Notes under the pieces: model-generated
Database searches by the model: none
Seen by the model: only the letters and a program-made list of their open reading frames with translations
What the model was told of the DNA's origin: nothing
Made by a program: the position numbers and the translations under genes
Shown here: positions 10,733 to 22,700 of the stretch, piece after piece
How the letters are laid out: every line of letters starts with the position of its first letter
How positions within the stretch are numbered: position 1 is the first letter of the stretch
Source: Phoronis australis
Lineage: Eukaryota; Animalia; Phoronida
NCBI GenBank assembly: GCA_002633005.1
Contig: NMRA01000225.1
Span: forward strand, 423,218-487,217
Direction: 5' to 3'
Length of the DNA: 64,000 nucleotides

Positions 10733-13700
10733 CAGATTTTGTTACAACTGTTTTCTGTATTTCTTTTCAAAACTGGTCAGAGTTTCTAAAACTCTCACAA
10801 CTGCCATTGCAAACAGGTGATACAGAATAGCTGACTTTGAAACAGGCACGCCATATTGAAATTCACATACACGACAGATGGCATTCACGTCTTTGGTGGA
10901 AAAGCATTCTGTGTCACCACTTACAGATTCCGTGTAATGCTGACAAAAAGTTTCAATCTACCAGAAAAAGGCGTTTTAAGGCTTAAAAATGGGAAGGGTT
11001 GACAAACCATGTTGTGCTTGAATTTCTGTCCACCAAATGTGAGTAAAGAACAATCGAAAGTCACTTCCGTGCTCTTATTACTCTAGAGAGAGCCAATAAG
11101 ATAAGTTCCTCCCCTATTTAAACCTGTTTTGTACCTGTATTCTGACTATGAGGTCACTTAGTTGGGACCACTCACTGAAGACTGCCTGCCGTTCAGTAAC
11201 ACTAGTACCCCTCTAAAAAGCAAGACTTCGCGAGATTACGTGAGGTATTGCCGTAACTGTGGGTGGAAGCTGGGAGTAATTCATTACAGTCCTAGGTGGA
11301 AGGGATTGCTTGGGTTGGAACAAATTGAGTTGGTTTGTTATCTTGTAGTTTGAAGCCATGGTCGGTGTATATGGTGACCAGTTGGTTAGTTCATGGAACT
11401 GCATTTACGACACTGTTGTCAAATGCATCGTGAGACATTTATCAACTTCTATACTCAGTGCTGTAGTGGGGCGTAGGCGGACGTAGGCACAGCCAACCAC
11501 CTTTTGGCATTTGAACGTAGCGCCTACGCACCGTAAGTTACTTTCAGTGCTCAAGGCGAGATGATTTTTTGAGGATTAAAAGCTAATCTTGTAAGAAATG
11601 ACAATGCTTCAATGAACTTAGTTGCAGGCCGACATTTGGAAAATTCGATCTATCATCAGATCCCCAAATATAAAAGTACATTAAACGATTTTTGTCTATC
11701 TGAAATAAGTCTCAAGGAAATTGATGAATTTCGGACAGTAAAAGGCTCAATTCTGTTTTCGTTTTACCTAGCTTAACAGAGCGAAATGCACCTATAACTA
11801 ACGAAATTATAAAAATCGACAAGTAGACAATTAATGATGACAAGAGAAGATGTATGGCGAAGATAACAACTCCGAGTGCGAATTAAAGTAATATTGATGA
11901 GCAGACATTAAATTATCATGGTGGCTTAGAATGAAGTAACCTGGCGGAGCGTGTGATCTGGGTTCACTTGGTCACTCTGAAAACGTCACACAGTTGAGTT
12001 CTCATCTTACTTCGACATAGTCATTTCTTTCATTTTATAACTATTTATAAAGTTACATAAAATAATACACGTACCTGTCCGCAATCAGAAAATTTCACTT
12101 GCTGGCAGATATACCTTATGTCCAATCGTATTGTGAACAATCTTGAAAACCCGATATCCACTGTGTGGACGGCGAAAGTACAACTTTTTGCAAACTCTAA
12201 CATCACCCGATGACGTCAGAACCTTGGAAATATGATAAGCCAGCACCTACGCCTCGTATTAGGAATTGTCTTGATTTCCGTTGCGGTGGTTTTCCGTAAA
12301 TCGCAATGTACACCCAAAAAAATCCCTGACCAGCTGTGGATCTACGAATTTGTCGACCGGAGGACTTTGCCCCCCTTTCGTCACTGCATTGCTTTGCGAT
12401 TTATTCAAAGAATGTTTTGACCTCTCTAGTATTAGCATTTTTGAAACCAAATGTAACCCATTCTTCCCTCCACTTTGACAACTGCAGTAAGATAATTGTA
12501 CCGGTGCTGGGTCCCGCATATGAACTACACGATTAGATGCGCATGGCACAGAACGGGGGGAGGTAGGGAGGGGGGTTAGCCCAGTCATTGGCTTAGACGT
12601 CTAAGGAATCGCCGCCAGGATTGAACCTCATGGCGCCCTCCGAGTGAGACCTTCAGTTCACTCTAAATGAAATTCACGAAATTCTGTTAGCTGGTGATTA
12701 TCATTTCCCTAACCAAGACAAAAACTCAATGCACCATCTTACTGTTAACGTATTGCATAATTTCAATGTCAAACTTTGTTCATTTGCCCTTGAAGACCCA
12801 ACTGAGCGGAAAGGTAATTCACACCTGATGCTCCTCTTCCGGCACTCTAAGCCTTTCCATATTTTAAATTTTATAGTTTTAAAAATATTGTATGGTGTGA
12901 TAATTCCATAATTTCATTGACACGTTCTGTTTTCATACACAGCTATGTTCATGAGTAAAATACCTCATGAAGTGGGTCACTTGGCGTGCCTCACAACTTG
13001 AAGCCGCCGCTCTCTGGTCACCGACTGGCATCGGTTGTTTAATTTCAACTCGGACCTGCCTCAGACTGACTATTACTCATACGACAGCTATCATTCGGAC
13101 TTGAGTTTATTTCATATTACAACCAAAGATATTGGTAACTATAATATCTTTGTTACAACTGCGAATCTTCCCTGGGAAACAGGCTTGCACTCCAGGCTGG
13201 TAGTTGCAAAATAAGTTCGAAAACTAAAATCGATTCCACGCGTTTGATTTTAGGAATGGTACTTAACTTTTTGAAATACATTTGGTCAATTTAGCACGTT
13301 TTTCTAACTATGAAAAATATCTTTAACCTTTCTGATATTTTTTTAATAAAGTGAAGTTAATAAAAATACCACTTCAGTGGCGGATCTAAGAGGGGGGCCC
13401 AACATGTTGCCTCGAGGAATTGGGCATAGTACGACCGTATGCACAAGCGGTCCGAAAGTTGCGGGGGCCGAGGACGTGCACCACTTACCACTTCTTGTTC
13501 GCAAAATCCATCGGTGGACTTGATCCGCCTACGCACCTACACAGCCTGCGCTTTGCAAGATCAGAAAACGTGTACTAAACTAGTTTCTCGTTCCCGTCGA
13601 TGTTCACGCCACAGGTGCTTTTCAGTTCAGTCTATTAACAGCTTAGATCAGAAGCCCGCAGATTTTCCATCAAAGCCTTGTTTCATAACAGTTTGCCTTT

Positions 13701-16700
13701 GACTTGAGCAATGGTGCTAGCAACAGGTAGACTATATGAAATTAAAGCAACGGTAATTCTGCCGGTCGCACTGACACGCACACGCATTGACTTCGTCATT
13801 GCTTCACACTTTTGCGGTTTCCGTTGACCCAAGACACTCGCGAAGCACTCTCGAAGCACTTGTGGGAGTAAATCTTCGTTTTTGGAAGGAACACATTGAC
13901 TTCAGTATATCCCATAATTTGACATTCCCATCCTGCCGACCTATCACTTCAGTAGCCACCATTTTGGGGCGCTTATTGGGTCATTAGCGTACTCGCGAAA
14001 CACTCTTCCTTTCTCGCGTTTTTCCGTGGTCTTGCGTGACTAAATCAAAGACAATGCTTAAAAATTAATATCAGTGGAAACTCAGCAATTCAACCAGCTT
14101 GAATAAAAAGTGAAATTTCATGATAACTTACTTAATTTTCACCGTTTTATTTTTTCATTTGGATGCTTTTCGAGGGCAGTTTGATTATTCAAATTAAAAA
14201 GTCAAAATTATCCGCCGAATTAAAAATATGTATTTGCCAATTTACAGGTACTCAAAAAAAATTTTGAAACAACACTGCCATTTCAGTTCCATAACAGCAA
14301 ATAACTTACAGCACTGCACTTAACCTGGGTGTAATTTCTGGTTAGTGCAACATTATTGCCTCCCGTTATATATGTTAACTCACTGTTAGTTTTTCTGCTC
14401 TGCTCAAAACGATTGGTCATCGTGTCAGAAATTACGCCACGCTATCAGCCACGTTGTCAGTTACGTAGTGAGAACAAATAAATCATCCTGTATAACTACA
14501 GTCATTCATTGTCCATCACGATTCTAGAAAAGCTGAAAGCTTTGGTCAGTAGCTTTATTCTGATGTCTGTAATGTTCAATTTACCGAATTGCACGTTTAA
14601 GCAGCTATCTAAATATTTAGTTTTTGAATGAGTGACGAAACGGTTTCCTTTATTTCTTCATCCCGATGGCGTACGGAACATTGCTGTTTCTTTTGGTTGG
14701 CCTGTGGTAAAACGCTTTTCCATGACCACGGGCATGGCAATTATGATAAAGATAAAATCAAGTGACAAGTAACATATTTTCGTTTGAGTTGCGTCTTCAT
14801 ACAGTACTATTGATTTTTAATCTAGGACAATCATGAACCATATACATTACATGCACTTCTACGACTAGATTAATTGAGCTCACCAGAAAATAATTGTAAT
14901 TCAGTCATCCATTGATTTAAAACTTGCTGAATTGAAATTTTATAACGTTCTGCTTTCTCTCACACAATCGCGTTTCGTGAACATCAAAACGGGAAAAGGG
15001 AGCACTTCCCCGGTCAGCGGTTCCAGCAATCAGCCAACAGAGGGCGGTCTCACCCCCTATTGCAATATCACGTACGGGTGTTTATCCTTGATCTTTGAGG
15101 TTGTTTATTTATCATAAGGCGTGAATTTGACCCAGGAAATGGGTTTGGCGATTATTTTCGGAGATAGGTGTTCAGGCGTGCTTCTTTCAATGTATTATGG
15201 AAATACAGATCCTCCTATAGTTTAAAAACTAACTGCAAGTGTGTACGCACGACCCGGCGGTCACCTTTTAGAGGATGAATGACCTGGAGAGCTAAGGGAA
15301 AAGTGGGGCTTTGGATATCATCCAAAGACAGAGTTTTACTTGAGTCTTTATTTTGTCCGATGTCACGACGCAAACATCAATTATCTACCACGATGAATGA
15401 ATACACGTGAAAGCAGGCATCGAATCAAAACTGTTGTCAATGAACTAGCCGTATTCCTTCCGCGAAAGAAAGATGCGCATTAACTTTTCACGAGGAATTC
15501 AATTTCAAAAGCCAAACCCGTTAATTACCAGTTTTTGTGCTTGATATTTCGATTTATTTCAGCCAGTATATCCGTCAAGGACACACGGCGACACCGGTTT
15601 TCCCAACTCCAACGCCACCACTGACTACAGCCCGCCTCCCGGGGGCAGTAACGCTAGGACCTCGCTAAAAAGCAAGACTTCGCGAGATTACGTGAGATAT
15701 TGCAGTGCTTTTTAAATAAGAACACGCGACTTTGACTAGGTTTTAGCTAGGTCCTAGCGTAGGTCCTAGCGTCTATTGAACGCACGCCCGGTTTCACCCT
15801 ATATGCTGCAACAAAAAATTAATATCGAAAAATACGCTTTTAGTTTAAAAAACAAGGAAATTCGGGGAGGGAAGGGAATGTGTAAAAATGAAGTCGGATG
15901 AATGCTTTGGCTCAGTTGTACTCCAAACTTTCCCAGCTTGATAACTAGGCTACGTATATGAGGGAAGTTACTCGTCACGTGATTCATGAACTTATTTCTT
16001 GTCATGGGAATCCCAAGAGACACATTTTTCATGTGATACTATGTACGCCGATTCGGGGGAGAGGTACTCGACTATCATATTTTGGCGAACGGCAGCTGGA
16101 AAATTAGTACACACATCGAGTTAGAGAGTAGATTAGGAAAAGGAGGACCCGGATTTTAGGGACCATCCACGAAAACAAATCATTCTTCCGTGGGATTGCT
16201 CTAGCACCGTCCTTTGGAGGGCATCCTTATACCAACACATTCATATAAACCACAGTCATTTCGTAGGGATTCTTAGACAACTGAATTTTCCGCTACAGCC
16301 GGACATTTGGCCATCAAACAGCTTCTAGTAACTGAAAGCCCTTCTGTGCGATTTCATTTGCCGGTGTAATTGGAAAAACTGGACACTTTGGGTGTCGGTA
16401 AAGGAATCCTTCCATTTGGAATTTTGGTAGAAAAGGCATCTTTCTGTAAGAAAACTGGTCGTGAAAGTTCATCCTTCTCAGAGGCACTTTCGCACACTCC
16501 TTCTATTGGAGTACCCCCCACATTTGTCAAGTATTGACCCGTTACACAGTTTACATTGTTTGCATGAAAGCGGATTGTAGCTCGCTCGACATTCACTCGG
16601 CAGTTAGACGTCACATTTTATCCGCCCGTACAAGCGACTAGACCCGTTCAGCAAATAACAAGGCGTGATCAAGGATTTGCCCGTATATATTTAGTACATA

Positions 16701-16745
16701 TACTAGCTATTCATCTCGTTGTGCAGCAACGATTTAGTTGAAGAC

Positions 16746-19700
16746 ATGGCCGACGACGCGGAGGCAGTGAAGTTGGAGGCGTCAGACTCTGCATCACCGC
16801 AGTACGGAACTTCAGGTGGTGATACAGGTACGTTGAGGGCGAGGTGTCATCATGATGGCGTGCCAGAGAAGGTGCACAGAGCATGCAATTCCAGCAAGTG
16901 TGGCAAGGCAGTGCCAAGATCCTATACTGAGTGAATATAGTGTCAACAGCTTTATGCAAGCTCATTCAGTCCGGTTAGGTGGCCTACATGCACACTGCAC
17001 ATTAACCGACATTATGTCGAATTTAGCTTTCAACATTGATGTATGTAGCTAGTTCGGCCATTCTCAAGGGTTATTGTAAAGTACAGAAAGCGTCGAGAAA
17101 TTAGTGCAATATCTGGGCGTCAAAACATTACATGTTACGCTGACTCTGCATATTCGTGCACATGCATATTCATGTATCTGCACATGGGTGGTGCAGCACT
17201 GAAAAAAGTGGGGGCTAAAGCCCCTCAGCACCCCTGTGTTGCACCGCTTATAGACCATGTGCGGCGTAGCACCGAAAATGGTGGTGGTGCGCCGCCCATG
17301 CTACACACTGGACACTTGTATACAAATGCAATGAGACTTTCCGCGATCAAGTTTTTATATAGTATGAAAATAGTGAAATGGAGATATAACTTCTTCAGTT
17401 CACTTATTTAAATTTATCTTACCATTGTCCAATGTCTTTCCCATAAAGATCGAGCATTATATTGCATGTTATACTGAATATCGACGGCGAATAAATATAG
17501 ATTATTACATGGCGAAGTCGTTATCCCCCGTTATCTAGAGCCCGAGTGAATTTTGGAGAATTATCACCCTCGGGGCTAACGCCCCGCGGGCCAACGCCCC
17601 TCGGGCTAACGCCCCTCGGGCTAACGCCCCTCGGGCGATAATTCTCCAAAATCCACTCGGGCTCTAGATAACGGGGGATAACGACTTCGCCATGTAATAA
17701 TCTATATGTATCTATGTCCTCTATTCTATCACGATCAAGAAACCAGCTATGATGTAAATTAGCATATAGTCGGTTTTGATTAATACAAGCTAGGGACCAA
17801 TATGGAAATTGGTTCTAAGATACACCGCTAGGATACACATATTCTGAATCTTACACACACAAATGTTTCCCTATGAAATAGAAATTTAAAAACTATTTCT
17901 AAGAATACCATATCATCACTTAGCATCAAACTTTGTGCGTTCGTTGCGCAAAACGCTAAGTTTACATAGGCGGATTTAGGGGGGGGCCCAGGGGGCCCGG
18001 CCCCCCCCCCCCTTGGCTGCCGCAAAAAAATAAAACAGTAAGAGCGTAGGGAAATGGCGAGTTTATTAATTAACCCCGGTAATTAAAATTGTACGAATGN
18101 TCAGACACTTTTTTGCCATTCATTCTTCAAGCATGACATTCAAATTTATCTTTACAAAAGTGTTAGCCGATAGTGTTGAGGTAGTTAATTACATACGATA
18201 CACATACCGACGTCAGTCACATAGTGCAGGCCCCACTCAGATTAATTTAAAGTGTACATCAAGTGGCAGGAATGTGCATCATATTTTGTGCAACAAAAAC
18301 ACCTTATTTTAAAAAATGTGCAGGTGTAGAAGTGGGAGCTTTTTGGAATTTGATTTATAGGTATATTATCTAGCCACATAGAAAAAACTAGGTTGCCCCC
18401 CAAAGTACTCACAAGGATGAACGCTATGAGATCTGACCCACCGACTATATATACATGCAGCCTACCAGCGAATGAATAACTTATCAAAGATAGACTCTCA
18501 CGGTTTCTAGAACTCTAGTAGTTCATTTGCTTTAAAATACACTTCTCAGCTTTAAATTTATTGTCAAGTCATTACGAAAAACATTTAAGACTTTCTTTTT
18601 AATTTTTGAAATGTATGTGTGCAATGGAAACGAGTTGAGTACTTTGTTTTCTTTTTATGCGCCCACATATTTATATGTGGACGCATTATGCAGTCATCTC
18701 CGTCCGTCCGTCCGTCCGTCCGTCCGTCCGTCTGTCCGTCCGTCCGTCCGTCTGTCCGTCCGTCCGTCCGTCCGTCCGGGCGGCGTCCGTCCGGCGTCCG
18801 TCCGGCGTCCGCTGCTTTATCTCCAAAACCCTTTGACATACGTTCATGAAATTGGCACATATGTTCCATTTATGAATGGGACGGCATGTGCGAACTTTCG
18901 GACGGATCCGACAACCGGTGTGCCCCCTAGTGGCAATTTTAGTTTTTACCTTTGTATCTTCAAATGTCCTGAACGGATTTTCATGAAATTTGGTATGTAG
19001 GCACCTATTAGTGAGATGACGCTATCCTTCCGTTTTCAGATGGATTCGACATAGTTTGCGCCACCTAGTGGCCATTTTTAGTGTTTTCGAGTCTGTTTTT
19101 GTGCGTCCGCCCCTCTATCAACCGAACCGCTCAAAGGATGATTGTGAAAATTGGCATGTATATGCTTACTATGTAGAGGATGGTTGACGATGATTTTCCG
19201 ATTTGGACTACTGTGGCGCCTCCTAGTGGCAGTTTTTTTTGCGCCTATGGCCGTTCCGAGGATATTTACGAAATTGTGTAAGTATATTTATATGATGTTA
19301 ACAACGGAAGATGACGNNNNNNNNNNNNNNNNNNNNNNNNNNNNNNNNNNNNNNNNNNNNNNNNNNNNNNNNNNNNNNNNNNNNNNNNNNNNNNNNNNNN
19401 NNNNNNNNNNNNNNNNNNNNNNNNNNNNNNNNNNNNNNNNNNNNNNNNNNNNNNNNNNNNNNNNNNNNNNNNNNNNNNNNNNNNNNNNNNNNNNNNNNNN
19501 NNNNNNNNNNNNNNNNNNNNNNNNNNNNNNNNNNNNNNNNNNNNNNNNNNNNNNNNNNNNNNNNNNNNNNNNNNNNNNNNNNNNNNNNNNNNNNNNNNNN
19601 NNNNNNNNNNNNNNNNNNNNNNNNNNNNNNNNNNNNNNNNNNNNNNNNNNNNNNNNNNNNNNNNNNNNNNNNNNNNNNNNNNNNNNNNNNNNNNNNNNNN

Positions 19701-22700
19701 NNNNNNNNNNNNNNNNNNNNNNNNNNNNNNNNNNNNNNNNNNNNNNNNNNNNNNNNNNNNNNNNNNNNNNNNNNNNNNNNNNNNNNNNNNNNNNNNNNNN
19801 NNNNNNNNNNNNNNNNNNNNNNNNNNNNNNNNNNNNNNNNNNNNNNNNNNNNNNNNNNNNNNNNNNNNNNNNNNNNNNNNNNNNNNNNNNNNNNNNNNNN
19901 NNNNNNNNNNNNNNNNNNNNNNNNNNNNNNNNNNNNNNNNNNNNNNNNNNNNNNNNNNNNNNNNNNNNNNNNNNNNNNNNNNNNNNNNNNNNNNNNNNNN
20001 NNNNNNNNNNNNNNNNNNNNNNNNNNNNNNNNNNNNNNNNNNNNNNNNNNNNNNNNNNNNNNNNNNNNNNNNNNNNNNNNNNNNNNNATGTTTCTGTGGT
20101 GCTTTAAGCAACTGATGTATAGGATGTGCTTGTATTATGAAGATCACTCACATTTTGCCCCTAGCCTATTAAGGAGACAATGACCATGCCTTTCCATTTT
20201 GCAAAGTACAACATACCACATATATGCCCTCTACTGGCCACTTTATGGTACCAATAAACAACCCTAGAAGAATACCGTATACGGTGCAATTGTGGGCGCA
20301 TTTCAACGCTCTGCGTTGCTCTTGTTTAAAATGGGTTTCAAAAAGTGTTGCCTTTTTCCAAATGCAGAGTGGAGTTGACCTTTTCTGATGACATGCTCTC
20401 AACATCGCAACAGTCTACAAATAAGTGTTCGATAGTCTAGCATTTCGTCAAGCACTTTCAGTTCACTTCACAATAAAAAAACATACGGGTTACACAACAA
20501 GACTGTGGTTAATTGTCTTTGAAATTGTGTCTGAAAATGTCATATTTTAAGAGCAACCCGCATCTTGATCTGTATAAACTAATTTCATGATTGGGAAGAA
20601 ATTATGTTAAGCAAATAGCAAGTTCAGAGCATTGAGTGAGAAAATTAACATAAAATTATAGAATATTCTTTATTCCAGACTTTCTGTATGAGGTTACAGA
20701 TGTCCATGTCAGAATAAAATAGTGATGAAGGATATGTAACTTCGAGAACGACGATTCAATATTATAACGCTTTGCTGGCCACTTACTGTTTTAAATTTTG
20801 TCTTTTATCGTTCCTTGTTAGGCCCTACTCAAATCAAGGCGATTTTAGCCTTGAGTGGAAGTGATTAGTCGTTAGTAGTTTAGACAAAGCTTAACAAGTT
20901 GTCCCACTTGGTAGCACTACACTACTCGGTGCTGAATCCTCCATGAGTTGGTAAGCCCCTCCCACCGGGAAACGCCAGCCTCAACAGGTATTGTCACAAT
21001 ACCAGTGGTTATTGCGACACTCCACCAAAAGCCAATCCCTTCAACATCATCTAATTGTTCTGCCTGGACAACTGCATGTCAACAAACTGACAATGGGCCC
21101 CGTTTTATCAAAAGCCGTACTCCCGTATTAGCTGGAATATTTTCGTGTTAACGTCTCAGGGTTGCTGCTTTCATTTTTCAATAAAATTGGATGCAAAGTC
21201 GGCGTGAGATGATAGCCTATAGGTTGTTTTCGCAAGCAAGGAAAACGTGCGGGGGCAAGGTTGGTGCGTGCGCGACCGAAGAAATAAGCCTACGCGAGAC
21301 GATGCGCGGAGGGTGCTGGTCTGCGAGTAGGGATCGAATAGATTACGTGAAAGTTTTGTGAGTGGATATGCCTGATCCTCGCGCGGACATGGAAGTCTAG
21401 GTCACTTCACAGTATCAAGGTTTCCCTTTAAAGCAGCTTCACCATCACATGACAAAAATAACTACGACCGTCTGAACTGTCGTTAGTTTCGGATTCAGAT
21501 CCGACCAAATTCCTGGAGTCACCAGACCAGTGGTGTAGGCGTAAGGGGAATTCCTGACGTTTTCTTGGAATCGGCAATTCAAGCAAACGATATGTGTCCG
21601 CATTATTCCGTCATCGCTGTCCGTCCGTCCGTCTGCCCGGCGTCCGCTACTCTATCTCCATAACTCCGTGATGTATGTTCATGAAAGTTTGCACCTCCTT
21701 TCATCGAACGAATTTTCGGACGGATCCGACAACCGGTGTGCTCTCTAGTGGCAATTTTATTTTCAACGTTTGCCTCTGTAACTTCAGAGTACCTTGATAC
21801 TTTCTCCTGAAATTTAGCAAAAAAATACCATCATAACGACAACAGCACCTTTCCTTTTCGTGATGGATTCGACTTAATCTGTACCAACTAGTGGCGATTT
21901 TAATTATTTCTTAGTCTGTTTTTGTCACGTGCTTATGTATCTGCCAAACTGCGCAGATCATTATGAAATTTGCAGATGTGTTCCTACTGACAAGACCATG
22001 ACTAACGTGGGTTTTCAAACAGGTCCAACTACTTTGGTGACCCCTAGTGACATTTTTCGCATCTACGGCTTTATCTCCTACACCCCTTGCTACATGTAGA
22101 TGTTTTTAAAATTTTGAAACTGTATTTCTATTAACTTGACAACAGATGCATAGTCTATGATACCACTGTGGTGACTAATGACATTTTTTTACATTTACCT
22201 TTGTATCTTTGGAGTTCTTTGATGGATTTTCACGAAATTTGACAAATAGTTTTGTATTCTGTACCAACTAATGGCCATTTTTATGATATAAATGAACACC
22301 TTCAGAAGCAACACCGTTTGCGGTGCAGTCTTGGGCGCATTTCAACGCTGCGCATTTTTCTTGTTTTTTATCCTGGCAAATAGTATACAGGAATTGTATA
22401 GGTTTGGATTTAACCACTGTCTTTAAAAAGCGGTTTAAATAGTTTCGCTATGATGTCTTCTACGTTCCCATAGGCCCAGTCATCGATGGTTGCATTCCAG
22501 GGCCCTAGCGTACTTGTCTTTTCACATATGGTGGGCCGATGAGGGGAAAGTGTCGCCGTAAAATTACGCTCGTAATTACGAGCGTAAATTAAATTGCAGG
22601 AGTGTCGCCGTACAATTACGCTCGTAAATTAAATGGGGAAAAGTTTCCCCGTAAAATTACGCTCGTAATTACGAGCGTAAATTAAATTGCAAAAATGCTG

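Noticed and set aside
13375-13400. CAGTGGCGGATCT..GGGGGG motifs (also about 17968 and reverse at about 27506)
   Set aside because: Ends of a common dispersed repeat; boundaries and partners could not be defined.
18585-19000. RPSV/GRTD-repeat ORFs (also 63446-63849)
   Set aside because: Translations of the (CCGT)n microsatellite in the HINE-like element.
19151-20183. Long ORFs of 290-318 aa in the ORF track
   Set aside because: Artefacts of the N run.
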